A DNA stretch of 64,000 nucleotides, taken from NCBI GenBank assembly GCA_001794435.1, contig MGJU01000013.1, forward strand, positions 90,256-154,255. Reading direction: 5' to 3'. Position numbers and translations under genes: made by a program. Numbering within the stretch: the stretch's first letter is position 1; each line of letters starts with the position of its first letter. This DNA is from Candidatus Yanofskybacteria bacterium RIFCSPHIGHO2_02_FULL_43_17 (GTDB lineage Bacteria > Patescibacteriota > Minisyncoccia > 2-02-FULL-40-12 > GWA2-44-9). Positions 29,697 to 38,857 of the stretch are shown one piece after another. Below the pieces are notes generated by a model. That model had not been told where the DNA came from. It was given only the letters and a program-made list of their open reading frames with translations, and searched no databases.

Positions 29697-30975
29697 AAGG
29701 GTTCTTAGGGGTCTCGCCATATACGCTTTTGTTGGAAACAACAAAGCGAAGCTTCCATTTGCCTTTTTCTTTTTTCCAGATATGCGGCTGGCGGTATTGG
29801 TCAATAATTTGCCAAAAATGTTTCTCTGTCATTCCCAAGTAGGTCAGGAAGTCGTTGAAATATGTGGCCGGAAATTCATGATCGTATCTTTGCACTAACG
29901 CAACGGCTTCTTCTCTGGTAATATGCCCGCAACGCACATCGCTGCACGCCTCACGAGTAGCACGTCCCTGGCCGAACTTAATAAACGCAAGAAGCCAGTG
30001 AAACGGATCAAGGCGATCGTCTATGCTGAATGCTTTTGAATAAGTGGCATCGGTGCGTTTTGTATTTGCTTCAAAACCGGTATTTTTGGCGGCATAATAA
30101 TAATTTTCCTGCGGAACCCACGGCTTATAATATGACCACCAGTGCATTTGAAGGCCTAGCCGTTTTACGTCTTTCTTGGCAGGCGCCTTATAAAATTCAA
30201 AATTATGATTCGCCATTTCTTCTTTTGACAATATGCCCATTTTATAAGCTTTTTGAATTATTTCATTGACACCGGCGCCTTTAAGATACAGTTCATCCCA
30301 ATCATCGGGTGATTCGTGGGGCTTACTGGCGTTCTTAAACGACCCTCCATATTCAACCTCTCCATTCTCGCCATAAAATATAAGCGGGATTTTAAATCTT
30401 AAAGCCAATTGAAAAGGCATAGCTTTCTGGCCCCAGACAAACGGTTCAAACGGATCGCCTTTTAATTCAAAGGCAACGCGCGATAATTTGCGATGAAGCA
30501 TTCCGTTAGGCCACATAGTAATTCCGTCAAAACCGTGCTGGATCATATTGTTAAAATTCTGAAAGCCGATATCCGTATAGATAAACGGCGCCCAAGTAAC
30601 CTGCAACGGATGCATGCCGTATTTGTGCTTAAGTTGATGGATAACCAAGGCGCTGTCTTTACCGGCGCTGCCAGGCACAAGCACGTCAAAACTTCCATCT
30701 TTTGAACGGTGTTTGTCGAGAAGCTTCACCAGTTCTTTTTCCCTTTTATCCCAATCGACACCGTCGCCAAACTTTTTTTCAGCCCACCGACAGGCATTGC
30801 ATACGCCTTCTTTGTCAAATTCTGTGCGCGGGCGCTGGTTAGAAACCACGCATCTCGAGCAAAACTGGATTTTCTTGGGCAAAATCGCAAGCTGACGATC
30901 AACGGTTTGAAACGGATACTTCTTATACTTGCCCTCGTCAATTTTAAGTTTTGGAAATTTTAGATTTAACTGCAT
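29695..30975 (-). CDS. N-acetyl sugar amidotransferase (WbuX/PseA-like, acetamidino forming)
   Basis: CSRC...RP...GVCNAC, SAGKDS (PP-loop), YGEN, IKFGQGRA, ITREEA. Confidence 0.9.
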   Translation of the reverse strand: MQLNLKFPKLKIDEGKYKKYPFQTVDRQLAILPKKIQFCSRCVVSNQRPRTEFDKEGVCNACRWAEKKFGDGVDWDKREKELVKLLDKHRSKDGSFDVLVPGSAGKDSALVIHQLKHKYGMHPLQVTWAPFIYTDIGFQNFNNMIQHGFDGITMWPNGMLHRKLSRVAFELKGDPFEPFVWGQKAMPFQLALRFKIPLIFYGENGEVEYGGSFKNASKPHESPDDWDELYLKGAGVNEIIQKAYKMGILSKEEMANHNFEFYKAPAKKDVKRLGLQMHWWSYYKPWVPQENYYYAAKNTGFEANTKRTDATYSKAFSIDDRLDPFHWLLAFIKFGQGRATREACSDVRCGHITREEAVALVQRYDHEFPATYFNDFLTYLGMTEKHFWQIIDQYRQPHIWKKEKGKWKLRFVVSNKSVYGETPKNP

Positions 30976-30993
30976 AGTATATTAGCGTCGTGG

Positions 30994-32556
30994 TTATATT
31001 TTTGCTATTTTACAAAACTGTTTCAAAATATTCAACCCCACTTCACCGCTTTTTTCAGGATGAAATTGAGTGCCCATAATGTTTTCTTTTTGAACAACCG
31101 CGCAGAATTTTTGACCGCCGTATTCAGCATTAGCAAGTATTATAGATCTGTCTTTAGGTTGAGAAAAAAAAGAATGGACAAAATATACATCAGCCGGAGT
31201 TTTTATTCCAGACAAAAGTGTTGTTTTATTTCTCCTGACAGCTGATATTTTTGTCCACCCGATATGAGGCAATTTATAATCGGGCAGTTTTATTTTGTTA
31301 ACCGGCTTAAATGATACAACATTTCCCTCTATCAAATCAAGGCCCTTGTTCCTTCCAAACTCTTCACTTTCAAAGAACAACATCTGCATTCCCAGACAAA
31401 GGCCTAAAATTGGCTTGCCCCGCATTACTTGTCTTTTAATTGATTCTATCAGACCGGCTTTTTTTAAGGCCTTCATTCCTTCCCCAAAAGCGCCCACGCC
31501 CGGCAAAACCAGCGTTTTCACTTCATCAAATTCTTCGGGTGTTTCAACAATGGCAACCTTTTTTCCCAATTTTTGAAAAGCCCTAAGCACACTCCTGACA
31601 TTATTAATTTTATAATCAATAACACCTAGGTCAGCCGAACCTTTTGGGTATTCCTCCTTAAATCTCGCGGGGGCGTCTTCGGTTCTGATTTTATTGGCAG
31701 CCAAACCAGTAACTCCGGTGAGATGACGCATTGTGTATTTATTGTAGTTTTTTATATCATATTTCTGGCCTGTTTTGTTTTGTTTTGTTGAAAAATTAAC
31801 GGTCTGACGCACAGCGATTTTTTCTTTTTTTAACTCGCTTTTAATATCGGCCATCCCAAATTTGCGGTAATGCAAAATACTTCCAACGGCAACAGCGTCA
31901 ACATTTGTTTTTTTGACGCATTCTACAACATCTTGAGGAGAACCGGCTCCGCCAGAAGCAATAACTGGTATGGAAACTGCTTCGGTTACTTTTTTAATTA
32001 GTTCATTATCTAAACCGTTCTCCATTCCGTCTCTGTCCACGGCAGTTAAAAGAATTTCTCCAGCACCTAATTTCTCGCCCTGTTTAGCCCATTTAATAAC
32101 GTCCAGCCCTGTCCTCTGTCGCCCGTTATCGACATAAGCTTCCCACCTGCCCGGCGCGACTTGCTTTGCTTCAATAGACAAGACAATGCACTGGGAACCG
32201 AAGATTTTAGCGGCTTGACGGATCAGCTCCGGATTCTTTGTGGCGGCAGTATTTACAGCAACCTTCTCCGCCCCCGCCGAAAGAAGTGAGCGGATATCGT
32301 TAATGTTACGCACCCCTCCGCCGGCAATAAAAGGAATGAAAATATTTTCCGACGCCTGTTTTACAATATTCAGTAAATTGTCGCGCCGATATAAACTGGC
32401 GACAGTATCAAGATAGATTAACTCATCAGCCCCCTGCTGATAATATTCTTGCGCCAAATCGTCGGGTTTGCCCATAACCCGCAAACATTCAAGTTGTATG
32501 CCCTTAATGACATTCGGTCCTTTGATATCGAGACGTGCAATAATACGTTTTTTCAT
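30994..32556 (-). CDS. HisF2-HisH2 fusion (WbuZ/WbuY-like ammonia donor for the amidotransferase)
   Basis: N-term RIIARLDIK..VIKG, GGG, GAGEIL, IASGGAG; C-term LPGVGAF, GLCLGMQ, YFVHS, QFHPEKS; ATG at 32556 (MKKRII). Confidence 0.88.
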   Translation of the reverse strand: MKKRIIARLDIKGPNVIKGIQLECLRVMGKPDDLAQEYYQQGADELIYLDTVASLYRRDNLLNIVKQASENIFIPFIAGGGVRNINDIRSLLSAGAEKVAVNTAATKNPELIRQAAKIFGSQCIVLSIEAKQVAPGRWEAYVDNGRQRTGLDVIKWAKQGEKLGAGEILLTAVDRDGMENGLDNELIKKVTEAVSIPVIASGGAGSPQDVVECVKKTNVDAVAVGSILHYRKFGMADIKSELKKEKIAVRQTVNFSTKQNKTGQKYDIKNYNKYTMRHLTGVTGLAANKIRTEDAPARFKEEYPKGSADLGVIDYKINNVRSVLRAFQKLGKKVAIVETPEEFDEVKTLVLPGVGAFGEGMKALKKAGLIESIKRQVMRGKPILGLCLGMQMLFFESEEFGRNKGLDLIEGNVVSFKPVNKIKLPDYKLPHIGWTKISAVRRNKTTLLSGIKTPADVYFVHSFFSQPKDRSIILANAEYGGQKFCAVVQKENIMGTQFHPEKSGEVGLNILKQFCKIAKI

Positions 32557-32670
32557 CCCGTACGAAGTAGCTGCGCTGCAGTTATACACATAAGTTATGT
32601 CTGCAAAACAAGCTACTAAATTAATTACAACTTTGACTCCCGAACCTGTTAAGGCTACTTCGTTCGGGAT
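32555..32670. mobile_element. Non-autonomous (MITE/REP-like) element with termini matching the GIY-YIG element
   Basis: ATCCCGTACGAAGTAGC (32555-32571) vs GCTACTTCGTTCGGGAT (32654-32670), 16/17 complementary. Confidence 0.7.
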
Positions 32671-33371
32671 TTATCTGACATAATCGCCTCGGCTATCTTA
32701 AAGTCGACTGCTTCATCTATATCAACCGACCTTTCTTTGGGCATTATTATGGCCGTAGAATTTTTATCTAAAATATGATTTTTATCCATTAGAGTATCTC
32801 TCCTAATTACATACACGGCGCCGTTGATTATAAACAACCTTTTGAGATCCTGGCTTCTTCTTGTTTCTTCCAGTTTGGTTTTAATAAGTGGCATGATTTT
32901 TTGACCACTAAATACTTGCATCCATTCAGGTCTTTCACTTACCTCACTAACACTGATACAAGAGTTAGAGTTTGTTCTGACAAGCTTTTCTATCGCCAAG
33001 TCAATGTCTTCACTCAAAACCAAAGGCGAAGTAGGTTGCATCAAAACGATCAAATCAATCTTTTTATTAACATCGTTTTCTTCAACATATTTCACGGCAT
33101 GCTGAACTACTGGCAACGTAAGCGCTGTATCGGTTGCCAATTTTGCCGGACGCAAAAACGGCACTTCGGCGCCGTGTTTTTTTGCAACCTTGGCAATTCG
33201 TAGATCGTCTGTAGAAACTAAAACCCAATCAATGTGTTTTGATTTTTTGGCCGCTTCAATAGCATAAGCAATCAACGGCTTGCCAAGCAGTTTTTTTATA
33301 TTCTTGCCTGGCAATCTTTTTGACCCGCCCCGAGCTGGTATAACGGCTAAAATCCTGAGTTTTTTATACAT
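32655..33371 (-). CDS. neuA: Acylneuraminate cytidylyltransferase (CMP-NulO synthetase)
   Basis: IPARGGSKRLPGKN, VSTD, PFLRP, QPTSP, NGAVY, SVDID; likely ATG at 33371. Confidence 0.93.
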   Translation of the reverse strand: MYKKLRILAVIPARGGSKRLPGKNIKKLLGKPLIAYAIEAAKKSKHIDWVLVSTDDLRIAKVAKKHGAEVPFLRPAKLATDTALTLPVVQHAVKYVEENDVNKKIDLIVLMQPTSPLVLSEDIDLAIEKLVRTNSNSCISVSEVSERPEWMQVFSGQKIMPLIKTKLEETRRSQDLKRLFIINGAVYVIRRDTLMDKNHILDKNSTAIIMPKERSVDIDEAVDFKIAEAIMSDKSRTK

Positions 33372-33414
33372 TTCGTGTTTGACAATAACATAATTGTTGT
33401 TTTTATTCAATAAG

Positions 33415-33440
33415 AAAATCGGGCCTTTCTGCCCGATTTT
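33415..33440 (-). terminator. Intrinsic terminator after the radical SAM cassette
   Basis: AAAATCGGGC-CTTTCT-GCCCGATTTT. Confidence 0.75.
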
Positions 33441-33455
33441 AAATAATTACAGTCA

Positions 33456-35009
33456 TTATGCTTTGGGGGTCAAAGAACGAACAGTGTTGACTATGTCTGG
33501 TTTGTTCAAAAATTCCCACGCCTTTATTTGAATAAACTCCAGTATCCATGGCTCAATTATCGTCTTCATTGACGGCTTCATCCAGGTCATATCCGCAAGT
33601 TCAAGCCCCGGAAGCAATAAATCATTTTCAACGACATGATCATATAACGCAGTACCGGGAAATGGCGTAACCATAGTAAAGTTAACACATCGAGAGCCGG
33701 CATCCATATGCTTCTTAGCCAACACCAGTGTTTGCATTAACTCTTCATAGGTTTCATCCGGATAACCAATGAGATAGCAGCTAGCCACCTCGATGCCCAC
33801 CGAATTAGCTTTCTTAATCAGGGCTGATATGTCATAAATATCATGATGAACTTTTCCGGAAGCCCATTTGTCAATGATCCGTTGCGAACCTGACTCAACG
33901 GGAAATAATAACTTATCGAAACCAGCTTCAGCCATTGTTTCAAGCATTTCGTCGTCAGGCACCAGCCGTCCACCTTCATTTTTATGCAAGTGAGACAAGT
34001 TTACGCCATTAACGTCGCCAAGTTTAAAACCAAACTTAATAAGCATTCTGAAAATTTGCAACGCCCGCTTCTTTTTAGCTAGTAGCGAATCATCTTCAAT
34101 AAAAACATACTCTACTCCAAGCCCCTTAAGACGCACCATCTCTTTTTCTACTCGTTCTTCGGATTTATATCTGAATTTGCCTAGATATCCAGTATCTGAG
34201 TTTTGGCCTTCTCCGGAAATATGACAAAACTTGCAGGTATATGGACAGCCACGCGATGTCATTGCCGGCGCATAAGCCGGCGGTATATCAAAAGAGAGCC
34301 CACTACTATGCGGTCTGTTAATTTCCCAATAGCGTTGAAGTTGAAGCATGTCCCAAGCCGGAATTGGCAATTTATCAAGATCTGGTTCAATCGGCCCCAT
34401 GGGATTAATCTGAATTCTGTCGCCATTCCTGAAAGCAATTCCAGGCAAACCAGAAAAATCCATACTGTCTTTGCGTATAATTTTGCCGATTTCAGTTATA
34501 GTCTGCTCTGCTTCTGAAATACAAATAAGATGGGCGCCAGCATCAAAAAATCTCGCCATCTGCGACCTTGCATTAATACCGCCAAGTACTATCAATTTTT
34601 CAGGATAGGTTTGTGAAATAGACCTTACCGTCTCTTCAACCATTCTGGTTTGCGGGGTAAAAATCGAACTGATGCCGATAATATCGTAGCCGCTTACCTC
34701 CTGAAGAATGTCTTGCAGGGACATGCCAACCCTCATCATGCCATCATTCAGCTGAACTTGCCTAAAAAAACTCTGTTCAAGAGAATATTTTTCATTGCCG
34801 ACACAGCAATCCAAAACCCTCACTTCAAATTCGGCATCCCTAAGAGCGCCGGCAATATACAAAAGACCAAGCGATCCTTCCGGCTTAACACCAGATTTAG
34901 CGTCAAACCGCTGCGGAGGATACAACAATAAAAACCTCGGCTCTCTGTTTATTCTGAAACTTGATAACTTATCCGATTTCTTGAGTCCTCCAACTTGAAT
35001 CAATCCCAC
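33456..35009 (-). CDS. B12-binding radical SAM protein (class B methyltransferase-like)
   Basis: LGLLYIAG B12 domain; TSRGCPYTCKFC; EDD; ESGSQR; GYPDET; PFPGT. Confidence 0.9.
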   Translation of the reverse strand: MGLIQVGGLKKSDKLSSFRINREPRFLLLYPPQRFDAKSGVKPEGSLGLLYIAGALRDAEFEVRVLDCCVGNEKYSLEQSFFRQVQLNDGMMRVGMSLQDILQEVSGYDIIGISSIFTPQTRMVEETVRSISQTYPEKLIVLGGINARSQMARFFDAGAHLICISEAEQTITEIGKIIRKDSMDFSGLPGIAFRNGDRIQINPMGPIEPDLDKLPIPAWDMLQLQRYWEINRPHSSGLSFDIPPAYAPAMTSRGCPYTCKFCHISGEGQNSDTGYLGKFRYKSEERVEKEMVRLKGLGVEYVFIEDDSLLAKKKRALQIFRMLIKFGFKLGDVNGVNLSHLHKNEGGRLVPDDEMLETMAEAGFDKLLFPVESGSQRIIDKWASGKVHHDIYDISALIKKANSVGIEVASCYLIGYPDETYEELMQTLVLAKKHMDAGSRCVNFTMVTPFPGTALYDHVVENDLLLPGLELADMTWMKPSMKTIIEPWILEFIQIKAWEFLNKPDIVNTVRSLTPKA

Positions 35010-35048
35010 ATGAAACCTCCTATTTTAAGGTACAAGAAGATGTTTTTT

Positions 35049-35077
35049 AAGATAGCATTTATCAGAAAAGGAATCAA
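35049..35077 (-). promoter_or_regulatory. sigma70 promoter for the radical SAM gene
   Basis: TTGATT-17 nt-TATCTT with extended TG; AGGAGG at 35016-35021. Confidence 0.7.
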
Positions 35078-35079
35078 AG

Positions 35080-36195
35080 CTATTGTTTTTGCCGCCTAGT
35101 GTGATTCAAAACCACGTCTTTTAGTGTTTGAAGGTCATCATTATATTGTGCCAAATCGGTTCCAGAAAAATCGCCGGCTTTTCCGCCCCTTTTTACCGGC
35201 ACAAAAGTTCTATAAATTTTTTTTAGCATATTATAAGTCCAAGGCGGAGCATTTTTGTCCTTCAAAAAATTAGACGTATTTAAAACAAGATGACGAAATC
35301 GATCCGGCGGCAGACCAATTTTTAAAGAAGCGTTAAATCCTTCGTTAACAATGATCCCAGCTTCTCTTTGCGACAAACCAGGCTGGGCTTCCAACAGACT
35401 CATTACAATACACTCTTTAAACTCAACGCTCTCCCCCTCAAGCCGGCCATCTTTAGCGTAATCTCTTATCAACGGCCACTTGATATGCTGGCCCTGATAA
35501 GTTGCGTGCTCACGCCTTGCGGAATAAAAAACATCGAGATCTTTTATTTTTCCGGCAATCGACACCAGCATTGCAGATAAAAGCTCACTGAATAACAAGA
35601 CCTTAACTTCGGTATCCAGGTTCGCCATAATTTCTCTATAAATATTTTTTAACACGCCTGTCCTATGAACGGCGTAGAGGGTTTGTTTATAATTTAAAAA
35701 CTGGTCAGTTAACCTTTCGCTGGGCAAATTTGCTTTTATTGAATGATCCGAATAAATCGGCTGCCAATAAAATTCTTCATGATTATTGGAGAAACTTGAT
35801 TTTGTATAAAACGAAATATAGTTGCCGTGGGCAGCTACAAAATCCTTATTATTTTTTAAAAATTCGACCGCCTTCTCAAGTCCGCTGGCAGTAATAAAAT
35901 CGTCGTCGGCGCAACAAACACAAAATTCCGTCTCAACACTATCTAATGCCTCAGCTATTTTGTGAAAAAGAGTTCGATTCGTACCCTGAATTGGAATATG
36001 AGCAACATTAACATCATTGAATTTTTTGATGACATCTCCGTTTTGATTTAAATTTTCCGGCGAACTTGAATCGGCTACAATGATCCGAGGCTTTATACGA
36101 TCTTTAAAATAACGATAATATTCTAAAATCTGAGGCAAAAACAAGATTCTATTATGAACCGGAATAATGATTGTAACGTCTGAAGAGATGCTCAT
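35080..36195 (-). CDS. GT2-like glycosyltransferase (TIGR00180-like)
   Basis: IIIPVHNR, VADSS, CADDDF, YAVHRT. Confidence 0.78.
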   Translation of the reverse strand: MSISSDVTIIIPVHNRILFLPQILEYYRYFKDRIKPRIIVADSSSPENLNQNGDVIKKFNDVNVAHIPIQGTNRTLFHKIAEALDSVETEFCVCCADDDFITASGLEKAVEFLKNNKDFVAAHGNYISFYTKSSFSNNHEEFYWQPIYSDHSIKANLPSERLTDQFLNYKQTLYAVHRTGVLKNIYREIMANLDTEVKVLLFSELLSAMLVSIAGKIKDLDVFYSARREHATYQGQHIKWPLIRDYAKDGRLEGESVEFKECIVMSLLEAQPGLSQREAGIIVNEGFNASLKIGLPPDRFRHLVLNTSNFLKDKNAPPWTYNMLKKIYRTFVPVKRGGKAGDFSGTDLAQYNDDLQTLKDVVLNHTRRQKQ

Positions 36196-36966
36196 TTATC
36201 TAATCCTTTTCAAAAATCCGCCAGGATTACTGGTGATGAGTATTTTATTTTCAATCCAGCTATCAACTACAAAATTTTTATTGTTAGACAAAAAAGACTT
36301 AACCGCGGTAGCTGGGCTATTGCCTTTCCCCCAAGGCCTTTCGCCGATAATTTTACGCGGGAGATATTCGGCCACAGTATCAAAAATCACAATATAACTG
36401 CCCCGACTCACAAGGTCAGAGTATGCTTGAAGTTCTTTTAAGACATGGCCGTGAGAATGAGCTGAGTCAAGACAAACAAAAATTTTTTTATAATTTTTTG
36501 CTATTTTCTTTACCCTGTTAATAATGTTGGGGTCCGTAGACGAACCTTCCAGCATTGTTATGTATTTAGAAAATTTATGCTTTCTAATTTTGGACGTATT
36601 AACTACATTCTCCCTGTTTATATTTATATCAATACCGATAACTTTGCGTTTGCCACCAAGTAATTTTAATAGAGAGGCGTAGAATATAAGAGATCCGCCA
36701 CGGGCAATACCTGTTTCAATTATCAAATCGGGTTTAACTGAATATATCAATTCTTGCATAGCTACCATATCCTGCGGTGTTTGCACTATGGGTATGCCAA
36801 ACCAATAAAAATTATAGACGTATCCCCTGCCAAAACTTTCAATAAACCATTTTTTGCTTAAAGATCTTAAGGCCTTATTTCTAGAAAAATTACCAACCCG
36901 TTTTCTGACATCACTGTCAAATATTTCCGGATCGTACGGATTCTGTTTGTTATTCTTTCTATTCAT
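36196..36966 (-). CDS. CmcI (cephalosporin hydroxylase) family methyltransferase-like protein
   Basis: WFGIPIVQ.PQD, KPDLIIETGIARGGS, CLDSAHSH.HV, PWGKGNSP; start taken at the internal Met (MNRKN). Confidence 0.88.
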   Translation of the reverse strand: MNRKNNKQNPYDPEIFDSDVRKRVGNFSRNKALRSLSKKWFIESFGRGYVYNFYWFGIPIVQTPQDMVAMQELIYSVKPDLIIETGIARGGSLIFYASLLKLLGGKRKVIGIDININRENVVNTSKIRKHKFSKYITMLEGSSTDPNIINRVKKIAKNYKKIFVCLDSAHSHGHVLKELQAYSDLVSRGSYIVIFDTVAEYLPRKIIGERPWGKGNSPATAVKSFLSNNKNFVVDSWIENKILITSNPGGFLKRIR

Positions 36967-36971
36967 CTTAA

Positions 36972-37910
36972 TTAATCCCAAGAGAATTCTTTGAGATGCT
37001 TCTTGTACCAAGCAACGCTTTGAGCAACTGCCTTATTCATCGGAGTGAGATCTTTAGGATAAAACTTAAGATGTTTTTTGAGGTCTTGCCATCCTTTTTC
37101 AGAAATTTCAACCACTGAATGTTTGTCTTCACCCGCTCTCATCGGTACGCGATTGACTTTTGATTTGGACTTGGTTGTTTTTAATATCAAGTCAACGGCT
37201 TTATTTATAGTCATTCCTCCGCCTACGCCGCTTTCGTAAATAATGTCGTTGGGGATATTGTCATAAAGAATTACCCTCGCAAGAACCTCGGCAAAGTCCT
37301 TTACATAAATCAGATCCATAACCTGGTCGCCTGTGCCATAAATAGTTATGTCTTTGTTCAATAACGCCGGAACAACCACATTAGGAAATATTTTTCTCAC
37401 AGGGCGATGATGCTGGCGTTCTCCAAAAACATTCATACCGCGCAAGACCCTTATATCCGTCCCGTGTTCTTTATTATACATGAGAGCTAATCTTTCTGCG
37501 GTTGATTTGGTAATAGAGTAAGGGTTATTCATCCAGTAATTGCCGACGGCGATCTGAAAACCTCTTTTTTTATGTTCTTTGAGAGCATGAAAAATATTAA
37601 TCGCGCCGACAATATTAACTTCAACGGGAGGAATTGGATTATTCACGGTCTCTGCTGTACCTAAAATCCCGGCCAAATTTACAGTAATATCATTAAAACC
37701 AACACCCTCTATAATAGAATCTCTATCTTTGACGTCACCCAAACGAAATCTGACCTTCCCTTTCCAGCCGTAATCCTTGAATTTTTTATCATCATAATAG
37801 CGGTCAAAAATAGTCACCTTGTGGCCTTTTGCCACCAGATTATCCACCAAATGCGACCCAATAAAACCCTGTCCTCCTGTCACTAATATTTTTTTGATTT
37901 TATTTTGCAT
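36972..37910 (-). CDS. NAD-dependent epimerase/dehydratase
   Basis: TGGQGFIGSH, NLAGILGT, YSITK. Confidence 0.88.
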   Translation of the reverse strand: MQNKIKKILVTGGQGFIGSHLVDNLVAKGHKVTIFDRYYDDKKFKDYGWKGKVRFRLGDVKDRDSIIEGVGFNDITVNLAGILGTAETVNNPIPPVEVNIVGAINIFHALKEHKKRGFQIAVGNYWMNNPYSITKSTAERLALMYNKEHGTDIRVLRGMNVFGERQHHRPVRKIFPNVVVPALLNKDITIYGTGDQVMDLIYVKDFAEVLARVILYDNIPNDIIYESGVGGGMTINKAVDLILKTTKSKSKVNRVPMRAGEDKHSVVEISEKGWQDLKKHLKFYPKDLTPMNKAVAQSVAWYKKHLKEFSWD

Positions 37911-37912
37911 AA

Positions 37913-38857
37913 TTATTCATTCAGGTAACCCTTAATACCTTTTTCAAAAGATATCTTGGGCTGCCATTTTAATAGTTTTTTTGCTTTAGTAATATCTGCC
38001 GTACAATGTCTGACATCGTCAACTCTGGCTTTTTTGTACTCAATGGGACATTTATAATATGTGGCGATTTGGTTGATTGTTATCGGCTCGCCGCCCCCTA
38101 TATTAAAAACTTCTCCCTTACAAAACCCCGATCGCATTGCCATAATTGCCGCCCTTACCGCGTCAAAAACATGAACAAAATCCCTGCTTTGCTCACCGTC
38201 ACCATAAATTGTTAACTTGTTTTTGATTCTCTTGTCTCTAGAAAACGCGGCGGTCACATTAGGATAAGAGCCGCTTTCTGAATGGCGTTTAGTTCCATAA
38301 ACCCCAAAATATCTCAATACGACTGATGGAATATTAAAATATCGGGTAAAAAGGTCAAGATACAATTCTTGCATGTGTTTTTGGACACCGTATATTGTTT
38401 TAGGCTTAACGGGATTGTCTTCGGATACAGTCAAAACATCAGAGGCTCCGTAAACCATGCAGGAAGATATGTGAATAAATTTTTTAATATGCTTATTTTT
38501 AACACAGGAGTTTAATAAATTCAAGGCACCGTTAACGTTGGCACTGTGGCATGTATTGGAATGCTCCAGACAATATTGGATTCTCGGGATAGCGGCAAGA
38601 TGAAAAACATGATCAATATTTTTCAAAATAGGTTGTAATTTTTCCCCGGCTAATTTTGATCCGAGATCAAATTTAATAAATTTAGCTTTGGAATTTATAT
38701 TTTCAATTTTACCAGTACTAAGATCATCAACAACAGCAACACCATATCCAAGCTTAATAAGCTCATCAACTAAATGAGATCCTATAAACCCGGCCCCTCC
38801 GGTTACTAATACGTTTCCTGTCCTGAATTTTGTCGAAGGATTATTTTTCATCAACAT
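37913..38857 (-). CDS. NAD-dependent epimerase/dehydratase (tandem paralog A)
   Basis: TGGAGFIGSH, FHLAAIPR, YGVQK, RYFGVYG. Confidence 0.9.
   Translation of the reverse strand: MLMKNNPSTKFRTGNVLVTGGAGFIGSHLVDELIKLGYGVAVVDDLSTGKIENINSKAKFIKFDLGSKLAGEKLQPILKNIDHVFHLAAIPRIQYCLEHSNTCHSANVNGALNLLNSCVKNKHIKKFIHISSCMVYGASDVLTVSEDNPVKPKTIYGVQKHMQELYLDLFTRYFNIPSVVLRYFGVYGTKRHSESGSYPNVTAAFSRDKRIKNKLTIYGDGEQSRDFVHVFDAVRAAIMAMRSGFCKGEVFNIGGGEPITINQIATYYKCPIEYKKARVDDVRHCTADITKAKKLLKWQPKISFEKGIKGYLNE

Noticed and set aside
30994-32589. hisF/hisH as histidine biosynthesis, and the ORF-track start at 32589
   Set aside because: No other his genes are present and it is adjacent to an N-acetyl sugar amidotransferase. 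The N-terminal extension is read from the inserted repeat element, so ATG 32556 is preferred.
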